Below are positions 1-11,400 of a stretch of DNA of 64,000 nucleotides, piece by piece. Every line of letters starts with the position of its first letter. Position 1 is the first letter of the stretch. Under the pieces are notes generated by a model. It ran no database searches. It was not told where the DNA came from and saw only the letters and a list, made by a program, of their open reading frames with translations. Both the position numbers and the translations under genes were made by a program. Location: positions 18,182,678 through 18,246,677 of the forward strand of contig NC_068987.1 in assembly GCF_001194135.2 (NCBI RefSeq). The letters run 5' to 3'. The stretch comes from Octopus bimaculoides. Taxonomy: Eukaryota.

Positions 1-1503
1 GGAACGAAAACAATTGCAGCGTAGAAGGTATTTATAAGCCATTTAAAATAACACAAAAACCGTTAGATTCACTTCAACATTTAAATTTAATTTGTCAAAA
101 TATTTCCCATCACCGAGCAGCTCAGAGACCTTTAGTGGAATTAACTCGTTTAAAAGTAGCCAGATCTCCAATTTTAGGATCCTCCCACCACCAATCTTAG
201 AGGCCCTATGATGAAAAGATAAAGACAATTCCGATCGTGACATATTTTTTCTTTTTTTTTTTTGGAAAAATATTGTATTTCATTCAAAAACTATATTTCA
301 AAGAAAAATTATGACCACTTCAAACATCCAGGCTCCTTTGAGAGCTCACTTATTTAAAGAATATTTTTCATATTCTCTCAAATATCAAAAGAATTAATTT
401 TCATTCTTTAATTTTACTAAATTAGTACCAATTCTGCATCTAATGATACGTAAGAAGTAATGAAGGAGTTCTCTCCCCTAAACCGGTTCAGTAGTAATAA
501 TAGTTATCTCCCTTACATTTTTTTATTTCAAATTATCACCTCCCGTTCAAAACGATTAGTTTAATACATAGGAATACTATCTAGTTGCGCGTGTATAGGG
601 ATATGTACGTGTTTCTGTAATGTAATAAGATTAATCTCAATATATAATTAACAATTAATAATGGTTAAGTAGTTAAAAACATTGCTTTGCAGCCAAGTAG
701 TTTCTGAGTTCGATCCCACGCGTTATTCAGAAGGTGCAGAAACCAAGTCACGCCGCACGTGTGTGTGTGCGGCGTATGTAAACAAGTAAATAAACAAATG
801 AAAATTGTGTAAGAGAAACAGAAATTGTTCCGTATGTTGTCTCCCACCATTTCCGATGACACTGAGGAACTCTCCTGGCGAAAGCACGTCCTTAATATAA
901 CGAGGACCACGTCCCAACAACTAGCTTTTCTTTTCAGATGTTTCATTCTCACCCCCAGTAATTAGCGATAAAGCTCGGATGAAACCACCCACAATGGTAT
1001 ATTGATCTTACATCTGTGGTGGAACTGTCACACACACAGCCGTCTCTGACCACATCCAGAAAGAGTACCCAACTCATTTGTTTAGGCCACTGGCTTTTCT
1101 ACTCCACCAAGATGGCCAAGCACGTACGTACATACGTGCGTATGTATGTATGTACGTATGTATGTATGTATGCACGTATGTATATATGCATACGTACAAA
1201 CATTAATACCATCAAAGTCATTGATACAAAAGAGATATCATGGGCCACGGACACTGTTGGTTCTTCCAGACTCGACAAGTAATAAAGTCATTTTTTTCTT
1301 CTCTAATCATCATCCTCATCGTTTTAACATCTCCTTTTCCAAAGGATGGAATCTATTGAAGCAGATTTTCTACAGCTAGATGCTCTTCTTGTTGCCATCA
1401 TCTGGATAATACTTCCCTGTGGGCAGACATGTTTTCATGGAAGACTAAAACAGGACACTGTTGCATAACAATGATGTCAAGACAGAGACACCAACTCTGT
1501 CTC

Positions 1504-1541
<38 letters not shown>

Positions 1542-2269
1542 GCGACAGGCTTCTTTCAGTTTCTGTCTACGAAATCCCCTCACATGGATTTGGTTGGCCT
1601 GGGACTACAATAGAAGACACTTGCCCATGGTGCCACATCATGGGAGAAAAACCAGAACCCTGTGATTAGGGAGTGAGCAACTCAACCATGCGGCCATTCT
1701 TACACCTATTTCCTAAAATAAAAATAGAACTAGCTATACATATATTTCATGCTAAATGAAGACAAAAAAATAACAATAAAAAAAGTTAACATTATATAAA
1801 AATTTATTGTCTTGATTTTTGTTTTGTTTTTGATGTTATTTCGTCTTTTATTTTTTATTTTTTTGGTTTTAATATCAAGAGCAAAATTCTTTTAAATCTG
1901 AACAAATTTATACAGCAGTGAATGAAATGAAATAAAAATGGGTGGTAACAATTTTGTTTTTGTAATTATATCATGGGTAATGAGGGAGGGGGGTGTAACA
2001 CTGAAAACTTTATCTCCACATAGTATGTGTGAAATTGGCCAGCTGGAGCACTCATAACACTCTATCTCTCTTTCTCTCTCTATCTCACTTTCTCTCTTAT
2101 TGACACAGACTGTAGACAGATCATGAAGTGAAACAGCACCTTCGTTAGTGAACAAGATAAATTAAACCTGACTATTTACAACTTGTGTTTCTTTCATGGA
2201 GAAATAATAATTATAACAAGAGCACCCAGAGAGCCCAAACACCTAACGAATTAGCCAGAGATGATTTTT

Positions 2270-2572
2270 AAAATGAGACTATCTGAAATAAACTCAACTG
2301 CTTTCACAAACAAGAATATCAAAGATGAACCCAACCACTCTCAAAAATTAAATTTAAAAAAAACGGAAAAATAATCCAGAATCCTTTTCCAGTACCAGAT
2401 CGATCCCAAAATTTAATCAGTTCATACCAGTCACAGGGCCAAACATTGCTGAAAGTTTCATCCGAATCCATCCACTGGTTCTTGAGATATCTTGTCCACG
2501 GACAAACAAACAAGCAAAAACCTGACTGAAAATAATATCTCTGCCTTCGCTAAGGCAGAAGTAATAATAATG
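2270..2572. mobile_element. Candidate Helentron-associated (DINE/HINE-like) non-autonomous element end
   Basis: ACAAACAAACA tract followed by the subterminal hairpin TCTGCCTT-CGCT-AAGGCAGA (2540-2559) and TAATAA. Confidence 0.45.
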
Positions 2573-2897
2573 GTTTCAAATTTTGGCAGAAGGTCAGCTA
2601 GTTCAGGGAAGGGAGTTAGTCAATTACATCAACCCCAGTGTTTCACTTGCCAACCCTTTCTACTAAAGCACAAGGCCCGAAATTTTGGGGGAAGGGACTA
2701 GTTGATTACCTGAACCCAAAGTGTTTCACTGGTACTTAATTTATCAACCCCAAAAGGATGAAAGGCAAAGTCAACCTCAGCGGAATTTAATCTCAGAATG
2801 TAAAGAGGGAAGATATGCTGCTAACATTTTGTCCAGCATGCTAACAATTCTGCCAACTCACTGTCTTAATAATAACAATAATAACAATAATAATAAT

Positions 2898-3203
2898 AAA
2901 GTGTTAGAGCACCGGAGAGACAAACAAGAGTGCCTAATAATCGACGTAGCAGTGCCAGGAGATCAACATATCATCATGAAAGAAAGAGAAAAAGTTGATA
3001 AATATGGAGACTTGAGAATTGGGATTGCTAAGATGTGGCAGGTATGAGAGTCGAACATAAAGGTTATCCCTATTGTCATCGAAGCAATGGGTTCAATACT
3101 ACCCAATGTGAAAACCTTAGAGACACCCTACAATCTAGATGTATTGCAAAAGTCGGCATTAATTGGAACTGCACGCATACAGCGTAAAGTACTGTCTGTC
3201 TGA
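2898..3203 (+). mobile_element. 5'-truncated non-LTR retrotransposon fragment, restriction-like endonuclease C-terminus (R4/Dong-like)
   Basis: Translates to KQECLIIDVAVPGDQHIIMKEREKVDKYGDLRIGIAKMWQV*ESNIKVIPIVIEAMG...LQKSALIGTARIQRKVLSV*, with one internal stop; preceded by (AAT)n. Confidence 0.8.
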
Positions 3204-3900
3204 GGTCCATGTTGTGACTTGACAAACAGTACAAACCTCCGGGTGTGTGTGCATGTATAAGGGAAGTATGTGAATATTTGTATGTGTGAACTAGCGTTCT
3301 TTCAGTAACAAACGACGATTGATGTCACATCTCAAAAGACAACCACTAGATAACCTTGACAAGTGTATTAATTTGATTTACCATCCATATTTATATATAG
3401 AATACTGTCATTTTTTATGGCATGGGGCCAGCTAGTAATAATAATAATAATCCTTTCTACTATAGGCACAAGGCCTGAAATTTGGGGGAGGGAAACTAGT
3501 CGATTACATCGACCCCAGTGCTCAACTGGTACTTATTTCATCGACCCCAAAAGGATGAAAGGCAAAATCAACCTCAGAAGAATTTGATCTCAGAACGAAA
3601 AAACAGACCAAACGCCGCTAAGCATTTTACCCAGCATGCTAACGATTCTGCTAACGATTCCTTAGTAATAATAATGATAATAACAATGGCTTTAAATTCT
3701 GGCACAAAGCCAGCAATTTCAAGTGAGGGGTTAAGTCAATTTGGTCAACCTCGGTGCTCAGCTGCTATTTATTTTATCAACTTGGAAAGGATGAAAGGAA
3801 AAATTGACCTTGGCAGAATTTGAACTCAGAACGTAAAGACAGACGAAATGCCACTAAGCACTTTGTCCAGCATGCTAGAAATCCTACCAGCTTGCTACCT

Positions 3901-3932
<32 letters not shown>

Positions 3933-4394
3933 ATAGTAATGGTGGTAGTAGTAGTAGTAAATACAAATTTCTAAATTTGCCACAAAGGAACAGATGTTTT
4001 GAGGGAAGGGTTACAGTTGATTATGTCGGCCAACCTAGCCTTGGGAAGCACTTTCTTGATTGACCTCTTGAAAGTGTTAAAGCAAAGTCGACATCGGTAG
4101 AATCTGAACCCAGCTTGTAAAGCAATGCAAAACAAATACACTACCAATCATTTCATTCGACACACAACTTACATCACCAATCCACCACATTCAATGATAA
4201 TTAATTAATAATACTAATGTGTTTGATTAAGTAACAATACGAATGCTTTCTCACATTGACACAAGGATACGTGTTTCAGAGGAGATAGGTGAAGGGTGAA
4301 TTATAGGTGACTTAAGTGCTCAACCTAAAAGGGTTGCTGTAAGACAAGACAGAAAAAAGGTGACCTTCACCCAAGGTAGGTTTTGAATTCAGTG

Positions 4395-4400
4395 TTTATT
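4395..4400 (-). terminator. Candidate TAF2 polyadenylation signal AATAAA
   Basis: First AATAAA on the minus strand ~65 nt after the stop codon; hexamer is common in AT-rich DNA. Confidence 0.3.
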
Positions 4401-4464
4401 AGAATCTGTTCCTTGTCTGGGGATAAAGTTAGTTTCAGGTTCAGTTTTGGTAAAAAGCTTGTTC

Positions 4465-4742
4465 TCAGATCACTTGGAACTCTGGAGAGCTTGCGGGCTG
4501 TGTTCCAGGTGAGTTGCTGCCAGGGGAATTATAATGTGACCTGTCGGATCGGTCTTTGTCGCGAGAAGAGAAAGAGTCGGATCTTTCTGGGCGGCTGTCT
4601 TTGTGCCTGTGTTTGTGCTTGTGCTTGTTTTTCTTCTTCTTCTTTTTGGTCTTGTGTAATTTACCGGAACTTTCCTCACTGGAGCCAAGCCTTGAGAAGT
4701 CCAGAGACGACTGAGACATCAACTTCAACCCACCGAATGATG
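4465..4742 (-). CDS. TAF2: TAF2 terminal exon, 5' part lost in gap 4743-5026 (...[12 protein letters not shown]...[19 protein letters not shown]...SPEFQVI*)
   Basis: Frame open from the gap edge to TGA at 4465-4467; Lys/His tract typical of the metazoan TAF2 C-terminus. Confidence 0.9.
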
Positions 4743-5432
4743 NNNNNNNNNNNNNNNNNNNNNNNNNNNNNNNNNNNNNNNNNNNNNNNNNNNNNNNNNN
4801 NNNNNNNNNNNNNNNNNNNNNNNNNNNNNNNNNNNNNNNNNNNNNNNNNNNNNNNNNNNNNNNNNNNNNNNNNNNNNNNNNNNNNNNNNNNNNNNNNNNN
4901 NNNNNNNNNNNNNNNNNNNNNNNNNNNNNNNNNNNNNNNNNNNNNNNNNNNNNNNNNNNNNNNNNNNNNNNNNNNNNNNNNNNNNNNNNNNNNNNNNNNN
5001 NNNNNNNNNNNNNNNNNNNNNNNNNNGGATGGCTACACTAGGCTCCAATCTAATTTGGCAGAGTTTCTACAGCTGGATGCCCTTCCTAACGCCAACCACT
5101 CAGAGAGTGTAGTGGGTGCTTTTACGTGTCACACACACACACACACATATATATACACACACACACACATATATATACACACACACACATATATATACAC
5201 ACACACACTCTGTCCAGACAGAGTCAAGACTATTGAAAAGGTTGCAAGACGCAACGAAAATTTTAGGAAAATAAAAATAATAAGTGGAAATTTTACCGGT
5301 GAGTGTTTTAAATTTTAAGGCACAATAAGAAAATGACTCTCCCCAGACACAACAGTATATATATATAACTATATATATAACTATGAATTAATAAATAATC
5401 ATGTATATAAATAGAGTGAGAGAGAGAGAGAG

Positions 5433-5469
<37 letters not shown>

Positions 5470-8400
5470 CTCATGTGTACTCTTCTCTTGACATCACATT
5501 ATGAATGTACATGATCATCATCATCATCATACAAATGTTTTTTTCATTTCCAGTCATATATGAAAAACACACCTGGCCATAGGGAAATATCACCTGAAGG
5601 TTGTCAACAGGATGGGGTATCCAACCAAAGAAATTCTGCAACAACAAAATTCCACCTGACCCATGCAAGCATGGAAAAGTGGACACTATATGCCGCTGCT
5701 GCTGGACAGGGGGGGGCAGGTGGGAGTGGAGGTGCAATCCCATGGTGATTGATGACCGAAAGGAGTCTTTACCTTTTATACTTTGTCATAAAAACGATCT
5801 TACCTGGAAGTGTATGGGTTGATGATGAGGGAGAGCTAGAATCTTCACTGAGGTTGCTGGGGATGTCAGCGTATGAGAGGGGCAGCTCTAAACTAGAACG
5901 CTCCAGAGGCATTGAGGACATCTGTGGACGAGGGGCAATGAAATCTTCTTCTTCTTCTAGTTTCTTTTGCTGAATAAAATGGAATGTGTAGAATTCATTA
6001 ATTCTTTGTTATCCATGGGAGACACAGATACACTGACTGACAGACAGACACACACACACATACACACAAGCACACACACATATGCACAGACACGCATGCA
6101 CATGTGCAAACATACACAGACACACACATGCAGAGACATACAGACACATGTACATACATGCATGCATATGCACACAAACACACACACACACAGACATGTA
6201 TACACACACACACAGAGAGAGAAATGTATACACACACACACACACACAGACATGTATACACACACACACATCAGACATGTATACACACACACACACACAC
6301 ACATGCAATATGTACAAGAACTTACCTTAATCTTCAATTTGAACTTGGAGTCATCCGTCTGCATATGATCAGGCAGCAGGGGGTCGAGTAACGGTCCATA
6401 ACCGAACTTGGGATCCAGACACAGACTCGATTCTTCTTTCCTTTTAATACCCCGAGCCTGTTCCATTGCTCCAGGCTGAACGGGGGACTGAAGCGGCGGG
6501 GCAACAACGCCAGATTTTGAAGGGGTTCCCAGAGTTGTTGATGCAGCGGATGTGCTGCCAGCGTTGGCAGCAGCAGCAGCGGCTGCTTCAGCTGCTGCAG
6601 CGGCAACCGCAGCGGAGACCGCTGCAGCTGCTGCTGCTGCAACAGATGTCGTTGTCAGAGGTGCTTTAGTTTCGAACGTGTCTTTCTTCTCCTCTCCGAT
6701 GACAACTCCTGTCATTGGGGTTGTTGTTGTTGTTGGTATTGCAGTAGTTATTGGTGCTGGTGCTGGTGTTGGTGCTAGTGTTGGTGTAGGTGTCGGTGGT
6801 GTTGGTGGTGGCAGTGGTAGTGGAGTCGGAGGTGGTAGTGTCTGCACTGGTAATATTTCTGCTTCTGTCTTTATTACAACCGGTTCAAGGAGTTCCTTTT
6901 TCTAAAAAGAAATAAAGTGTAATTATCAATATCAGTTTCAAATTTTAACACCAGGCCAATAATTTTGGGAGAGGGAGTAAGTTGATTACATTGACCTCAG
7001 TATCCAAGTGGTACATATTGCACCGACCCCAAAAACGATGAAAGGCAAAATCAATCTCAACAGAATTTGAACTACATCAACCTCAGTGTATATCTGGTAC
7101 TTATTCCAACAAGAAGATCACAGCAACTGAAACACTGGCAGGTGGCTTTACATGGGGAAATAGCTTGATTAAGCTATACACAAAAATAACCAGAGACAAA
7201 ACTGTAATAATGTATTATTTATTTTGCTTCATTCGGTTACACATTGTGAGGACAAATACTATCAGCTGTCTCAAGTCCCAGCCCTGTCTCCCGCCTAACC
7301 AGAAGCCCTCTCTTCTGCAGACCTGCTCACCAGCTAGCCTGCAGTGAAATTCCAGCCAATAGTTTCAGGTTTCCGCTTATAGCTCTCTTAAGTTCCTGTC
7401 TACAGTTCATCTGTTATTAGTCCTAGGGCAGTGCTCTACAGGGACAACTATAATTCATTGCCAAGGATCAAGGCAGAAAGATCTCTTGATGTTCTCAGAA
7501 CATAAAAAGGGACGAAATGCCAGTAAGTTGGTACAAGGTTAGCAATTTCATGGGTGGGGGTAAGTCAATTACATCAATCCCAGTGTTCAATTGGTGCTTA
7601 TTTTATTGACCCCCCCTCCCTTCAAAAAAAGGGTGAAAGGCAAAGCTGACCTCAGTGGAATTTGAACTCAGAACATAAAGAGAGATGAAATATCGCTAAG
7701 CATTTTGCCTAGCCTGACAGGCTAGCAATTCTGCCAGCTTACCACCTTAGGGTAATTATTAATATTGATTTCAAATTTTGGCACAAGGCCAGCAATTTCA
7801 GAGAAGGAGGTATGATGATTACACCAACCCCTGTGTTCAACTGGTACTTATTTTATCAAACCCGAAAGGATGAAAGGCATGCCCTAAAGCAATAATTAAT
7901 ATTAATTAACGATTGATGGATGGAGTAAATATATGTTCTATTCACTTTCGCACTTGATGACCTAATGGATGATCATTTTTCAGAAACCATCATCAACATC
8001 ATCATTATCAGCATCATCAGCAGCATCATTTTAACATCACATGATGTCTAGGCAAGGGCATGCCCAAACACACACACATCAGTTTTTGTCTATCAAATCC
8101 ACTCACAGGGCTTTGGTAGGCTACATTGGGCTAGTGGTATGTGGCACTTGCCCAAGGGGCCACACATCATCAGCCCATTCTGTAAATTGACCAACAATCT
8201 GATGAAAGCATCCTAAAATAACCATACCAAAGTTACACAATATTACATAACATAACATAATCACAGGCGTGACTGTGTGGCTACAGTCTAATGACTGAAA
8301 CAAGTAAACGATAAAAAAGAACAACAATGACTATCATAAATAAAAAAAAAAAAGCTGAGAAAAAAAAAACACTGCAAAAGAAGAACTGCAAAGAGCAAAG

Positions 8401-11400
8401 ATTAACAGACTTCAAAGTAGACGATATTCTATCAATAACTCATGAGAGGGACAAAGACATATAAACAGTGTTCCACTTACAATCGGATTGAGTTCCATGT
8501 TTGGCTGAGACATGTCAAAGCCTGTTGAAGGAGATTGCGGAATGGATGGTTTCACATCATCAGTAGTTGGTGGGCCTTGAAGAGGTGGGTGTACTACCGT
8601 TACAGGTGGTAGAGCAGTAACACTAGTATCTGTGGTGGTAGTTGTGGTGGTGGTGGTGGTGGTGGCGGCGGTGATGGCGGTGGTGGTGGTGGTGGTGGTG
8701 GTGGTGATGGTTGTGGTGGCTATGGTATTAGCTGTTCCTGCACTAAGAACTGGCGGAGGGGCGCTGGGTCCCAGGGATGATGGTAATGACATTGGCAGCA
8801 ACGATGATGAAGATAACAATGATACTGGTAGGGGTGCTGCTGCCACAGCCGCTACTGCTGCTGCTGCTGTTGGTGGTGGTGGTGGTGGTGGTGCTGCTGC
8901 TGTTGGTGGTTGTTGCGGGACTGGTGCCTCTATGCCAGGCAGTACAGGTTTCTTATCTTTGCTCTAAGAAAGAAATTAAAAAATAGAAAAGAACAGAAAA
9001 AGCAAAAAAAAACAAAAACAGAATAAGTAAATAAATAAATAGTTCTTTGTAAGTGTGGCACAAGGCCAGAAACTTAGAGGAGAGGAGGTCTGCTGATTAC
9101 ACTGACCCCAGTATCTGACCGGTGGTTTATTTTACTGACCCCGAAAGGATGAAAGGCAAAGTCGACCTTTGTAAAATTTGAACTCAGAACATAAGGAGCC
9201 AGAAGCAACACTTCTAAGTATTTTGTCTGACATGCTAACAATGGTAAATAAATAATTAATAAATGGTAAATAAATAATTAATGAGTGGTAAATAAATAAA
9301 GTTAATCTCTTAAGTGGCCAGGTGTTTGCAACTGAGGATGAGCAAACTAGCTCAAAACTGAGTCAGTCTCACGATTCCATCATCTACTGGAGGGCAGAAG
9401 GGGTTCACTCCCCTGCTTGCAATATATACAGGTGCAGGCTGCACCTATAACCAGCTGACAGAAGATCTGCCTGGGGTTAAAACAGTAGACACATTGAGCA
9501 GCTATATCAGCCATTATAATAGCTGTAGTGATTTAATTTTACTTGTTAGTATAGTTACTACACTAATCTCTTATTAAGATTTTACAACTTGTTGCAAATA
9601 AATAAATAAATGTTAAATAAATAATTAATAAATGTTAAATAAATAATTAATAACTGTTAAATAAATAATTAATAAATGTTAAATATATTCTGAAATATTT
9701 CTACTTGCTATTTTCTAAACCCAACACCCACCCACACAATTGTTATTTACTCCTGTATTCCATTCTTAACTATCAATACCTTTAGTCACAGAATAATAGA
9801 CATTCATGTGTGAAAGCAGGTGGCTCAGTGGTCTCAGTGTTGGGCTCACAATCATAAGGTCATGGGTTCAATTCCTAGATCAGGTATGTGTCTGTGTGTG
9901 TGCATTTATGCTTATACACACACATATGTATGCCTGTCTGTATGCATCTATGTATTGCAGAGACACAGATTTATACTTACCTCAGGGGTGGGCAATTTAG
10001 CAGGGCGAGCGCGACCGTAGAGACAGTAATAGAGATCAGCGATACCGCATCGGAGACGACTGTCATGTGGAGTGCCAGTCCTGTAGAGAATTTGGTAAAA
10101 ACACAAGCAGTCATTCAAAAGTAACAAAGAGGATTTCATTGATCAAATTGTGAAAATGACAATATCATAAACAAAGGTGAATTACCTTCTAAAGTTTACT
10201 AATTCTTCTTTAACCCTTTGACTGTCCTGTGTATTACATGTGACGCCAATGCCCTTGGACTGGCTCTTGTGCGGGTGGCACATAAAATACACCATTTTGA
10301 GCGTGGCCGTTGCCAGTACCGCCTGACTGGCCTTCGTGCGGGTGACATGTAAAAGCACCCACTACGCTCTCTGAGTGGTTGGCGTTAGGAAGGGCATCCA
10401 GCTGTAGAAACTCTGCCAAATCAGATTGGAGCCTGGTGTTGCCATCCGGTTTCACCAGTCCTCAGTCAAATCGTCCAACCCATGCTAGCATGGAAAGCGG
10501 ACGTTAAACAATGATGATGATGATGATGACACAGGACATATTTCTCTGGGGCCCATGAATAATATATGATACACATTCCCAATTTTTTTTAACCACCAAA
10601 GTAACTTGAGACTTATGAAAGGGAAGCTGTATAATTACTCAGAACGTATCAAAAAAAGGCTAACTAAGAGTTGGTAAAACCAGTATGGACGTTTTGGGCA
10701 AACTCATGAAAATTCTTTGGACAGGCCAAGGGTTAAACACAAGGTTATAATCTGCTTAACCCTTTAGCATTTAAACTGCCATATCTGGCCAAAACATTCT
10801 GCCTGTTTTATGTTGAAACGGGCCAGATCTGGCTTCTCACACCAACCCTACAATGTCATTCTAAAAAGTAACAGTTACCTTATCAAGCACCAGCTTAATA
10901 CAGAACATGTTAGCTATTTCACTCTTTTACTTGTTTCTATCATTGGACTGCGACCATGCTGGAACACTCTTGTAAGTTTAGTCTGGTGGTTTACAATCAT
11001 GTTTTGCCTATGGACCCCTATGATTTCTATTATACTCTACTGGTTCCCCACCAAAGCCATTTAATGTCTTTTAAAAATTCCCATTATATTTATATAATTA
11101 AATACTATTAGGAATTATATTAAAAAAATTGTTAAAACATTTTGTGTATTGTAGAAGTATAACCAATTTATTGCAGATAAATTTCAAGAACAAAATGTTA
11201 TGTGGCCCCCACCCACCAAGGAGCATATGGACCCTGGTTGAAAACCATGGACTTAGTGAGGCAAATCAACACCAGTTTTTATTCTTTTTAAGTGTGGTGC
11301 TTATTACTATCAGTCTTTTTTATTGAAAGGTTAAGTTACAGGGACATAAACAAACCAGCATCGGCTGACAAGGGCTGGTGGGTGAAAGGAATACACACAC

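Noticed and set aside
938-996. Possible plus-strand exon (TTTTCAG|...ATG|GTATAT; VSFSPPVISDKARMKPPTM) of a gene convergent with TAF2
   Set aside because: Weak donor, no recognisable homology and no partner exon found.
5690-5775. Coding-looking stretch ([21 protein letters not shown] 5471-5743) as an extra TAF2 exon
   Set aside because: It needs a 31-nt intron or a stop readthrough, and it grades into a SINE-B tail whose (CAT)n has degenerated to CAG/CAC repeats.
5967-6391. His/Thr- or Cys/Val-rich ORFs (also 1016-1379, 1398-1665, 12602-12814, 63190-63466)
   Set aside because: Translations of (CA)n/(TG)n/(TA)n microsatellites.
8632-8986. Plus-strand poly-Val/Ala/Gly ORFs (also 6334-6905, 4470-4688)
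   Set aside because: Antisense or alternative-frame shadows of the repetitive TAF2 exons.
9973-9988. ATACTTACCTCAGGGG resembling the U1 snRNA 5' end
   Set aside because: It is the reverse complement of the exon 27 donor GAG|GTAAGTAT; no U1 body follows.
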